A stretch of DNA of 64,000 bases from Oligoflexales bacterium (GTDB taxonomy: Bacteria > Myxococcota_A > UBA9042 > DTJE01): contig DUVQ01000103.1 of assembly GCA_012840965.1 (NCBI GenBank), positions 291 through 64,290 on the forward strand, given 5' to 3'. The notes beneath the pieces were generated by a model, which was not told where the DNA came from, made no database searches, and worked only from the letters and a program-made list of their open reading frames with translations. This document shows positions 30,131-37,859 of the stretch, one piece after another; the first letter of the stretch is position 1; each line of letters starts with the position of its first letter. The position numbers and the translations under genes are program-made.

Positions 30131-30153
30131 TCGGTGCGCTAGATCCTTGGTCT

Positions 30154-30210
30154 GCGCCCCTGTTGGCCAGGCGACAGCGCAGCGTAGGCGCCAATGGCCA
30201 ACAGGGGCGC
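30154..30210. other. Long GC-rich stem-loop just downstream of the intron / reconstituted stop codon
   Basis: Perfect 16-bp inverted repeat GCGCCCCTGTTGGCCA (30154-30169) / TGGCCAACAGGGGCGC (30195-30210), with further GGCG/CGCC pairing inside the loop. Confidence 0.8.
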
Positions 30211-30405
30211 CCGGAGTTGCGCGTCAGCAGCTTGAGGTCGGATTTTTTTGCCTCCCCCCCATCACCATTGCGAAACCGCGTGTTTGAGAAAACAGTTCCG
30301 AGATTCTTGTTTCGACGGGCACAGGAGCAGCGCCAGCGCGGGTTTCCCTGTTGACGTTTGAGGGGGGTTATGGTAGCCAATTGCTGTCTGTGATTGGGGT
30401 ATGCC

Positions 30406-31350
30406 GTGAAGCGTGTTTTTGAGTTTGTCCTGTTTCTGGTTGCTGTTTTCTATTCTGGCTCGGTTTTTAGTCAGGCTGCCGCTGTTGACATTGAATGGGT
30501 GCGGATTCCAGGTGGTAGTTTTATAATGGGCTCCAGTGGCAAGGACGCTGAAGAAGACGAAACTCCCGCTCATAAAGTAAACGTCCCAGAATTTGAAATG
30601 AGCAAAACTCTAGTAACCCTTGATCAGTATAAGGCCTGCGTCGATGCAGGTGTGTGCGAGACCCCGGATACTGAAGAAGGCTGTAATTGGGGAAAATCAG
30701 ATCGCGGAAACCATCCCATAAATTGCGTCGACTGGGAGCAAGCTCAAGCCTTTGCCACTTGGGCTGGAGGTCGTTTGCCCAGCGAGGCTGAATGGGAGTA
30801 TGCGGCTCGAAGCGCCACCCGTGGCTGGAAGCATCCTTGGGGGAATAAACGAGCAAATTGTTCGCTGGCCGTAATGACGGAATCAAGTAAACGACAAGGC
30901 TGTGGCAATGACGGCACTTGGCCTGTTTGCAGCAAGCCAAAAGGCAACACAGCTCAAGGGTTATGCGATATGGCCGGCAATGTAATGGAGTGGGTCCGGG
31001 ATTGGTATTACTACGGCTACAAAGGTGCCCCAAAGGATGGTTCAGCCAGGGAGGTAAAGGGAAGCCCATACAAGGTTTGTCGCGGCGGCTTCTGGGGTGG
31101 CCACGCCAGGAACATGCAAGCAGCTGTTCGTGTATACTACCCACCAGAGTTTCGCGAAAACTTCATAGGCTTCCGCATCGCTAGACCTGTGCCAGCCAAA
31201 CATCCCGAGCCTAGAGATAAATTGGACGGCGATCTTGGACCGGACAGCGATGTTAGCCCGGACAGCAATGTTAGACCTGTGCCACCTAGTCCCCAGGATT
31301 TTGCCCCTAAAAACCAATCCAAGAAAATGTTTGAAACTTTCATAAAATGA
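30406..31350 (+). CDS. Secreted FGE-sulfatase (SUMF1/CLec-fold) protein, paralog 2
   Basis: GTG start by alignment with paralog 3 (VKRVFEFV / MKRVFQFV); GRLPSEAEWEYAAR, DMAGNVMEW, RGGFW..GFRIAR; Pro/Asp-rich tail. Confidence 0.9.
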   Translation: MKRVFEFVLFLVAVFYSGSVFSQAAAVDIEWVRIPGGSFIMGSSGKDAEEDETPAHKVNVPEFEMSKTLVTLDQYKACVDAGVCETPDTEEGCNWGKSDRGNHPINCVDWEQAQAFATWAGGRLPSEAEWEYAARSATRGWKHPWGNKRANCSLAVMTESSKRQGCGNDGTWPVCSKPKGNTAQGLCDMAGNVMEWVRDWYYYGYKGAPKDGSAREVKGSPYKVCRGGFWGGHARNMQAAVRVYYPPEFRENFIGFRIARPVPAKHPEPRDKLDGDLGPDSDVSPDSNVRPVPPSPQDFAPKNQSKKMFETFIK

Positions 31351-31369
31351 AAGTATCCTACATTTTATG
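31331..31369 (+). promoter_or_regulatory. Putative sigma70 promoter and inverted-repeat operator of the AbiE operon
   Basis: TTGAAA-17-TATCCT ending 8 nt before the ATG; interlocked IRs ACTTTCAT/ATGAAAGT and CATAAAATG/CATTTTATG, the latter covering the start codon. Confidence 0.6.
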
Positions 31370-32017
31370 CAGACGCTTACCGAAAAAATCCTGCAAGCCG
31401 ACCTTGGAAAGAGGGTCATTTTTCATAATCAGGTTGCAAGACTCGTAACCGGCTCTGACCAGCGGCGTTATAACTTGGTCAATCGCGCCCTCAACAGCGG
31501 TGAGCTGGTGTGGCTGCGGCGCGGGCTGTACATGCTTTCACCGAAAATCACCGGTTTCACGCCGCACCGGTTTGTGATTGCACAAGCTATTGTCCCAGGC
31601 TCCTTTGTAAGTATGGAAACAGCCCTTTCATGGCATGGATTAATCCCAGAACAAGTTCATTCAGTCCTATCAATGGTTCCCGGGCCTCGCTTGTTGGAAG
31701 TTGACCACGACCTGGTCGGACATTTTCAATTCCTACCAAGCGCCTTGGTCAAAGGCCAGTTTTTACAGATGGTTGACAGGCACCAATTCGGCCCTCAATT
31801 TGCCCTCGTCGCATCCCCAATCAGGGCAGTAACAGACATTATCTACATCAAAAAGCTACAACCACAGGATATGGAGCATTTATTCGACTTTTTGCGCATC
31901 GACCGCCATGATTTTCCAAAAATCTCGAAAGCAACCTGGAACATCTTGGCCAACACCTACCAACACTCAAGAATGGTCAAATGCATAAGAGCCCTACAAC
32001 TGGAGCTGCAGCCATGA
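31367..32017 (+). CDS. abiEi: Type IV TA AbiEi-family antitoxin
   Basis: wHTH-like N-terminus (LVWLRRGLY), PGSFVSMETALSWHGLIPE, ASPIRAVTD.IY; ATGA overlap with the toxin gene. Confidence 0.85.
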   Translation: MQTLTEKILQADLGKRVIFHNQVARLVTGSDQRRYNLVNRALNSGELVWLRRGLYMLSPKITGFTPHRFVIAQAIVPGSFVSMETALSWHGLIPEQVHSVLSMVPGPRLLEVDHDLVGHFQFLPSALVKGQFLQMVDRHQFGPQFALVASPIRAVTDIIYIKKLQPQDMEHLFDFLRIDRHDFPKISKATWNILANTYQHSRMVKCIRALQLELQP

Positions 32018-32877
32018 TTAACTTAATTAGACAAAAGCTAGAAAGTTATAAAGTTACCGATATTGAAACCGAAAAACAGGCGCTAAAGGAAATCCTGCAG
32101 TCAATCACTTTGTACGCACTATGGCGGGTGGATTTCTTTGAAATTGCCGCATTTCAAGGAGACACCAGTCTGCGCATCTTGCATGCACTGCCCAGGTTTT
32201 CAGAAGACCTGGATTTTATAACGAAAACTCCTGATCCAACATTTACATGGGAAGCCTACTCTCAAAATTTGCTGGATGTTTTGGCCGAATATAACGTTGC
32301 ATGCCAATTTGTTCACAGGCCAAACGATACAAGACCAGTGAAAGAGGCCTTCATCAAAGACGATTCAATTACCAGCCAGCTTGAGTTTAGCTTCATGGAT
32401 ACTGGGCGGCGTGGCCTTTTAAAGGTGAAGTTAGAGGTAGACACAAATCCTCCAATTGGTTCAAACTGGGATTACCGATTTTTGGATTTTCCGTTGGATT
32501 TCGAAGTCTGCACACAGGATTTATCATCCAACTTTGCACTCAAGCTACATGCACTACTATGCCGGCCCTATGTAAAGGGGCGCGACTGGTTCGACTTTGG
32601 CTGGTACTGCAGGTTTCAGGTCAAGCCAAACATGGTTTTACTGGAAAACGCCATCAACCAATATGGACCATGGAAGAACAAAGATGAAAAAATCAATGAA
32701 GTTTGGCTGTTAAACAAGCTGGCAGAACGAATCAGAGCAATCAATTGGAATGAAGCAGTTTTGGACGTCACCCCCTTTGTAGCACCCATCGAACGCCCCA
32801 GTCTAAAGCTATGGAGCCAGGGTTTCTTTTTGGAAAAGCTGGCAACACTGGAACAGACCCTGGAGTCGCCAAGGTGA
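32014..32877 (+). CDS. abiEii: Type IV TA AbiEii nucleotidyltransferase toxin (GG motif altered to GD)
   Basis: AFQGDTSLRILHALPRFSEDLDF, KVKLEVDTNPP, FALKLHALLCR, KGRDWFD. Confidence 0.9.
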   Translation: MINLIRQKLESYKVTDIETEKQALKEILQSITLYALWRVDFFEIAAFQGDTSLRILHALPRFSEDLDFITKTPDPTFTWEAYSQNLLDVLAEYNVACQFVHRPNDTRPVKEAFIKDDSITSQLEFSFMDTGRRGLLKVKLEVDTNPPIGSNWDYRFLDFPLDFEVCTQDLSSNFALKLHALLCRPYVKGRDWFDFGWYCRFQVKPNMVLLENAINQYGPWKNKDEKINEVWLLNKLAERIRAINWNEAVLDVTPFVAPIERPSLKLWSQGFFLEKLATLEQTLESPR

Positions 32878-32904
32878 CGGCCAGCCGGTTGTGAGCTAAT
32901 GTGG

Positions 32905-33000
32905 GGGCAGGAACAGGTACAGGACCAGGGGCAGGGACAGGATCAGGGACAGGATCAGGATCAGGGACAGAACCAGGACCAGGATCAGGCACAAGAACCG
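32905..33000. repeat. Tandem array of 16 degenerate GNNCAG hexamers
   Basis: gggcag gaacag gtacag gaccag gggcag ggacag gatcag ggacag gatcag gatcag ggacag aaccag gaccag gatcag gcacaa gaaccg. Confidence 0.9.
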
Positions 33001-33097
33001 CACAAGCCTCAAGAACTAGGCGGGGCCGGCCGTTTCTGTGTTGACGGCCCATGGTGGTTGTGATAACCAACTCTTTGTCCTCAATTGGGACCATGCA

Positions 33098-33871
33098 ATG
33101 AAGCGCGTTTTCCAGTTTGTCATTCTCGGACTCGTCCTCTCCCTATCTAGTCCCGTCCTCAGCCAGTCCAAGCCCGTCGACATTCAGTGGGTCAGGATTC
33201 CTGGCGGCAGCTTCATCATGGGCTCCACCGATAATGTCGCTGACGCCGACGAAAAAGCCGTCCATCCAGTAAAGGTACCAACCTTTGAAATCAGTAAAAC
33301 CGAGGTCACCGTCAATCAATACATGGCCTGTGTCGTCGCCGGTGCCTGCACCGCGCCCAACACCGGAGATGACTGCAATTGGGGCAAGTCCGGCCGCGGA
33401 AATCACCCCATCAATTGCGTCGATTGGCAGCAGGCTCAAGTATTCGCAAACTGGGCTGGAGGCCGCTTACCCACCGAAGCTGAATGGGAGTACGCAGCTC
33501 GCAGCGGCGGTCGTGACTGGAAATACCCCTGGGGCAATGAAGAAGCAACGTGCGCCCTCGCTGTAAAAGGCGGTTGTGGCCACACCAGCACAACCCCAGT
33601 TTGCGGCCTGGAAGAAGGCAACACCTCCCAAGGCTTGTGTGACATGGCCGGCAACGTCTGGGAGTGGGTCCAGGATTGGTATCACGACAGCTACAAAGAC
33701 GCCCCCAACGATGGCTCTGCCTGGGTATCACCCCCAGGCACTCACCGGGTTGTACGCGGTGGCGCTTACCGCCTAGGCGCCCAATTTGTACGCTCGGCCA
33801 AACGCGGCATCAGCTTGCCCAGCACCCGCGACGACGATTTAGGCTTCCGCCTCGCCAAATCCGTGCGCTAG
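33098..33871 (+). CDS. Secreted FGE-sulfatase (SUMF1/CLec-fold) protein, paralog 3
   Basis: Signal peptide; GRLPTEAEWEYAARSGGRDWKYPWG, DMAGNVWEWVQDWY, RGG...GFRLAKSVR*. Confidence 0.92.
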   Translation: MKRVFQFVILGLVLSLSSPVLSQSKPVDIQWVRIPGGSFIMGSTDNVADADEKAVHPVKVPTFEISKTEVTVNQYMACVVAGACTAPNTGDDCNWGKSGRGNHPINCVDWQQAQVFANWAGGRLPTEAEWEYAARSGGRDWKYPWGNEEATCALAVKGGCGHTSTTPVCGLEEGNTSQGLCDMAGNVWEWVQDWYHDSYKDAPNDGSAWVSPPGTHRVVRGGAYRLGAQFVRSAKRGISLPSTRDDDLGFRLAKSVR

Positions 33872-33930
33872 GCGGGCGCGGGGACAGGGTCAGGGTCAGG
33901 TTGGTTATTTTTGGGGCGGGGCTTTCGCTC

Positions 33931-33959
33931 TTGACGTTGGGCATAAATCCGGTTACTTT
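33931..33959 (+). promoter_or_regulatory. Putative sigma70 promoter for tadA/tRNA-Ser
   Basis: TTGACG-17-TACTTT, 60 nt upstream of the tadA ATG. Confidence 0.5.
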
Positions 33960-34018
33960 ATGCGCCGCTTTTGTGCTCGTTGACAATTTTTGGTGACGAT
34001 TCCCGTTGGTGGCTGCTG

Positions 34019-34471
34019 ATGGATGACCAATATTGGATGAAACTGGCGCTGGCCGAGGCCGAGGCCGCTTTTGAGGCCGGTGAGGTTCCAGTTGGTTGTG
34101 TCATCGTTGCTGGGGATCAGATCCTTTCAAGAGGGCAAAATCAAGTAGTTAGACTTGGTGACCCAACCGCCCATGCCGAGTCCCTGGCCATAAGACAGGC
34201 CATGAACGCCGGGCGCTTCAAGGTTGCCGGGGCTACCTTGTACGTGACGATGGAGCCGTGCCTGATGTGCGCTGGCGCCATATTGCTTGCCCGCCTTGGA
34301 CGCGTTGTCTATGGTTGTGACGATCCCAAGGGTGGGGCCGCTCGAAGCCTTTACACCGCCCTCAGTGACGAGCGCCTGAACCACCTGTGCAAGGTCACAC
34401 CAGGAGTCTTAGCCCAGCAGGCATCCGACCTGTTGAGCTCGTTCTTTGAAGAATTGCGTAACCGTCGATAA
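34019..34471 (+). CDS. tadA: tRNA adenosine(34) deaminase
   Basis: GEVPVGCV, DPTAHAE, TLYVTMEPCLMCAGAI, DPKGGA, FFEELR. Start ATG 34019. Confidence 0.93.
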   Translation: MDDQYWMKLALAEAEAAFEAGEVPVGCVIVAGDQILSRGQNQVVRLGDPTAHAESLAIRQAMNAGRFKVAGATLYVTMEPCLMCAGAILLARLGRVVYGCDDPKGGAARSLYTALSDERLNHLCKVTPGVLAQQASDLLSSFFEELRNRR

Positions 34472-34487
34472 TGGCGGTACTTTTGTT

Positions 34488-34578
34488 GGAGAGATGACCG
34501 AGCTGGCCGAAGGTGCACGACTGGAAATCGTGTGCAGGTTTACCCCTGCCGGGGGTTCGAATCCCCCTCTCTCCGCCA
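34488..34578 (+). tRNA. tRNA-Ser(GGA)
   Basis: GGAGAGA/TCTCTCC acceptor stem, anticodon loop CT-GGA-AA, long variable arm, GGTTCGAATCC, encoded CCA. Confidence 0.97.
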
Positions 34579-34593
34579 TTTTTTCACGAACCT

Positions 34594-34683
34594 GGAGAGC
34601 TGGCCGAGAGGTCGAAGGCAGCTGACTCGAAATCAGCCGTGGGTGTATGCTCACCGGGGGTTCGAATCCCTCGCTCTCCGCCA
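34594..34683 (+). tRNA. tRNA-Ser(CGA)
   Basis: GGAGAGC/GCTCTCC acceptor stem, anticodon loop CT-CGA-AA, long variable arm, GGTTCGAATCC, encoded CCA. Confidence 0.97.
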
Positions 34684-34793
34684 AACAATCAACAATTTGC
34701 CTGATTTATCTGGCCTTAAGTCGCCCCCAATTTGGATTCTTGTTTGCCTTTAATTTATAGTAAAGCGCCCTTTGCGGACCGAGAACAGCTTCC

Positions 34794-35651
34794 ATGAAAA
34801 GAAATGTCGTTGTGGCCGGCACATTTTATGAGTCAGACCCGAAGAAGCTGAAGAAATACTTAAAAAACCTACTTTCCACATCCTCTTTGACGCTTGATGA
34901 GCACGAAAAAGAACCGCTTGCCGTCATGGTTCCACACGCAGGTTACAGTTTTTGTGGCAAGGTACTGTCCGACATTTATCAAGGCATTAAAGTCCCCAAT
35001 CGCGTGATTATTTTGGCCCCAAACCACACTGGACTTGGACAGGCTGTGTCTGTATCGCCGGCCGCATGTTTTGAGACTCCCATTGGGAATATTAAAAATG
35101 ATAAAGAAATTGGGAGGTTATTGGTTGAAACAGGCCCCTTTGTTTGGGACGAACTAGCCCACCTTCAGGAGCATGCCATCGAGGTGCACCTGCCGCTGCT
35201 TTTGACAAAAAATCCAAAGGTTAAAGTCACAGCCGTTTGTCTGCGGACCAACGGTTTCCAGGCATGCGAGGAAATGGGTAACAAGCTTGCTGCTGTACTG
35301 GCGTCGATTTCCGAGCCTGTGTTATTGATTGCCAGCTCTGATATGAACCACCATGAACCCTGTAACGTGGCGCTGCGCAAGGATAGAATGGCGCTTGACA
35401 GGATTTCAGATATTGACCCAAGGGGGTTATTCACCGCCGTTGTTGAACACAACGTCTCCATGTGCGGTCTGGTCCCAATGGTGGTCGTCCTTGTGGCCGC
35501 AAAGGCTCAAGGCGCCAAGCACGCTAGGGTGGTCTCCTACTGCACAAGCGGCGATCACAACGGCGACATGTCCAGCGTAGTAGGCTATGCCGGGGTTATC
35601 GTATCAAAAGGAGCACAGGACGGAGACAGACCCAAGCTTGTTTCGATGTAG
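34794..35651 (+). CDS. AmmeMemoRadiSam protein B (MEMO1 family), stand-alone
   Basis: VAGTFY, PHAGYSFCG, APNHTG, EHAIEVHLP, ASSDMNH, SMCG, Y.TSGD..VVGYA. Confidence 0.92.
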   Translation: MKRNVVVAGTFYESDPKKLKKYLKNLLSTSSLTLDEHEKEPLAVMVPHAGYSFCGKVLSDIYQGIKVPNRVIILAPNHTGLGQAVSVSPAACFETPIGNIKNDKEIGRLLVETGPFVWDELAHLQEHAIEVHLPLLLTKNPKVKVTAVCLRTNGFQACEEMGNKLAAVLASISEPVLLIASSDMNHHEPCNVALRKDRMALDRISDIDPRGLFTAVVEHNVSMCGLVPMVVVLVAAKAQGAKHARVVSYCTSGDHNGDMSSVVGYAGVIVSKGAQDGDRPKLVSM

Positions 35652-35693
35652 GCCCAGGGGCAGGCTCAGGGACAGGCTCAGGGACGGGGACAG
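35652..35693. repeat. Seven GNNCAG-type hexamers
   Basis: gcccag gggcag gctcag ggacag gctcag ggacgg ggacag. Confidence 0.85.
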
Positions 35694-35764
35694 GTCGCTA
35701 CCTGAGCATCCGTTAACCACGGTGCTTTTGCCCTCCATGCTGTAATGTGTGCTTTCGGTATCAT
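35678..35764 (-). pseudogene. Truncated AbiEii toxin remnant (first ~22 codons only)
   Basis: ATGA overlap with the antitoxin stop; MIPKAHITAWRAKAPWLTDAQV is the typical N-terminus of this AbiEii subfamily, then runs into the hexamer tract and stops (ATCPRP*). Confidence 0.75.
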
Positions 35765-36543
35765 TCGTCTGGCTCCAGGTCGGTGTTGATGATCAGCTTC
35801 CACTTTGTGTTGCGCTTAGCCTTCGCTATTGGCGCAGCACGCCGTAGAGGCGTGTAGCTTCTTGCTTGTTCTTGTACGAAAGGATTGAGGGCCGCGGCCA
35901 AGTCCTCGTGGCCGACCAGCCCTAGAATGTAGCCAAGCCGCTGCGACCAACTGATGGGCGAGAGCCTTGCGACCTCAAGCAGCTTCACCACGTCAAGTCC
36001 CTCGGCCAGCTCGTCGATGATTGTGGCCACGTTGCCCAGTCCACCGGCGTGGTTCGGGTAGCCAACGAGCTCAAGCGCAGTCACTTCAGGAGTAGCGTAA
36101 TGTAAAACACCGCGAGGCGTGTTAATCGTGGTAACAGGCATACTCTCCAGATCGCCACGAGCGATGAAGCCGACTTGCACCTTACCACACGAGATCGCAG
36201 CTCTATTCTTACGCACCATCACCTGACAAAACTGCGGACGCTGGTGCGCCGCCCCGTGTCGCTCAGCTGCAGACAGCAACCCCAGATAATAAGGTTCACC
36301 CCAAGCGTTCATGAGTTGGTCGATAAAATGCTCAGCCGGCAGACAGCCTAGTCTCCGGTACTCGGGCGGCACGATCACGTGGAAACTGCGTACAGGCTCT
36401 GCAATGAACCCTTGCGCCTTCAGCCGGCGCAGCTGGCCTCGCACAGCAGCCTGGCTACCACCAAGTGCCTCGAATGCCTCCGCAGAACTGAAGTGGCAGC
36501 GTCCGTTCGAGGCCAACTCATCTATGTACGCTCGGGCACTCAT
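35761..36543 (-). CDS. abiEi: Type IV TA AbiEi-family antitoxin (now orphan)
   Basis: F.S.EA..LRRLKAQG.I..P..F.VIVPPEY, YYLGLLSAAE.HGAAHQRPQ, ATPE.TALELV, QRLGYIL, KWKLIIN. Start ATG 36543 (alternative 36573). Confidence 0.85.
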   Translation of the reverse strand: MSARAYIDELASNGRCHFSSAEAFEALGGSQAAVRGQLRRLKAQGFIAEPVRSFHVIVPPEYRRLGCLPAEHFIDQLMNAWGEPYYLGLLSAAERHGAAHQRPQFCQVMVRKNRAAISCGKVQVGFIARGDLESMPVTTINTPRGVLHYATPEVTALELVGYPNHAGGLGNVATIIDELAEGLDVVKLLEVARLSPISWSQRLGYILGLVGHEDLAAALNPFVQEQARSYTPLRRAAPIAKAKRNTKWKLIINTDLEPDE

Positions 36544-36583
36544 GTGCACATCTTCCAGAAAACACGGCGTCAAGAATTGACTT

Positions 36584-36613
36584 AGAAACGCAACTGGAAT
36601 CTGTTACGTTTCT
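36584..36613 (-). promoter_or_regulatory. Imperfect inverted repeat upstream of the antitoxin (candidate autoregulatory operator)
   Basis: AGAAACGCAAC-8 nt-GTTACGTTTCT (10/11 match), about 40 nt upstream of the ATG. Confidence 0.5.
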
Positions 36614-36665
36614 TGGCTAATATAACATTAAGCGTTACTTTTGGCAAGATTTGTATTGCTCAGAC

Positions 36666-37766
36666 TCAGGGATTCATCACTGTGTAGTAGTAGCTGCCTC
36701 GGCCTTTGAATTCTTGTGGTTTTCCATCGACTTCTACTTCTATGGCGTAGATGCCGTCAAAGTAATACATCACTGGTTTTGCGAATTTCGAGATTATGAA
36801 GCGGGCGGCGGCGCCTGATGATTCAAGGAAGTCTTCGCTGGACGTCAGCTTTGTTGCCTTGATGGCGCCTCTAAAGTTGCCTTTTTGTGTGGTTCCTGAA
36901 ATCTCCATCAACCGTGGTGCCTGGTAGCCTGATTTTTTGGGGTCAACGTAAGGATCAGACAGCGAGACGTTGAAATCGACCGACTCAAACACAACCTTGC
37001 CATTTCTGAACAACACCGCCTGTCTGATCGGAGCCCCGCCATAAACCTTCGGAGTCCTGATATCCGACACTAGCAAAGTCGTTTTCTCGCCCAAAACTCG
37101 AAATCTGGCCCACGTTTGAGCCTGCTCATGCGGACCAATGCTGGCCACGGAATGGTCTGAATGGATTAACCCTTTGATTTGATGCTCTTTATTGTTGTCT
37201 TTAGTCTTGACCGTCCCGCTGACCTTGCCTACTGGAACTAGGTACTGGAATGCATAATAACGGGTCTTCTTTTTGCCATACTGAGCCTTGGCAGTCCCAG
37301 GTTTCCACGGCTGGGCGATGTTTTCGATGACCAATTCAGCTGATAACTCTTTGTTTTCAAGTTGAATTTTTAGGTTGTTCAGTGGCCCACTCAAACGGTT
37401 GTCCCCAAATTGCAACAGGAATTGATCCTTCTGCCAGGACCACTGGCTGCTGGAATATTCGGAAGTTGTCTTGTATTTGCGGCCATCAGGAGTGCCAAAT
37501 TCAACTTTTACAAAGCCTTTGCCGTCGCCTGGCCCCATATTGCTGATTAAAAACTGCACATAGGCCGTGTAGCCATCATCAAGGCGAAAGACAAAAGCCC
37601 ACCACTCGCTGTAAAACTCGTTGGTCTTGTTTTCAGGCCGATCATAATGGGGAAGCGCGTCTTCAAGCTTTACTTTAGTTGAACCTGGTTCAAAGGGGGT
37701 TAGCGGGTCAGCATGTAAAAGAGCTGGAACAAGCATCAACACAAGCGCGAAATAGACTGATTTCAT
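36666..37766 (-). CDS. Secreted hypothetical protein, possibly lipocalin-like AttH/CrtC/Svf1 fold
   Basis: Signal peptide MKSVYFALVLMLVPALLHA; YSEWWAFVF.LDDG, GLIHSDH, W.RF; all-beta character. Confidence 0.55.
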   Translation of the reverse strand: MKSVYFALVLMLVPALLHADPLTPFEPGSTKVKLEDALPHYDRPENKTNEFYSEWWAFVFRLDDGYTAYVQFLISNMGPGDGKGFVKVEFGTPDGRKYKTTSEYSSSQWSWQKDQFLLQFGDNRLSGPLNNLKIQLENKELSAELVIENIAQPWKPGTAKAQYGKKKTRYYAFQYLVPVGKVSGTVKTKDNNKEHQIKGLIHSDHSVASIGPHEQAQTWARFRVLGEKTTLLVSDIRTPKVYGGAPIRQAVLFRNGKVVFESVDFNVSLSDPYVDPKKSGYQAPRLMEISGTTQKGNFRGAIKATKLTSSEDFLESSGAAARFIISKFAKPVMYYFDGIYAIEVEVDGKPQEFKGRGSYYYTVMNP

Positions 37767-37859
37767 AAAAAAGCCTCCATAAACAGCATCGGTCGCAGAC
37801 GTCTCAGGCCTCAAAGTATTCTTAACATAGTTGGAACTAGCAAAAATTCCAATGATATT

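Noticed and set aside
32905-33000. CRISPR array
   Set aside because: 6-nt period with no 23-47 nt repeats or unique spacers; no cas genes.
27548-36573. A complete DGR (template repeat, RT, avd) in the window
   Set aside because: No second copy of the VR with AAC runs and no reverse transcriptase were found by eye.
34488-36573. Integrative element anchored at tRNA-Ser
   Set aside because: No integrase and no duplicated tRNA 3' end (attR) were seen.
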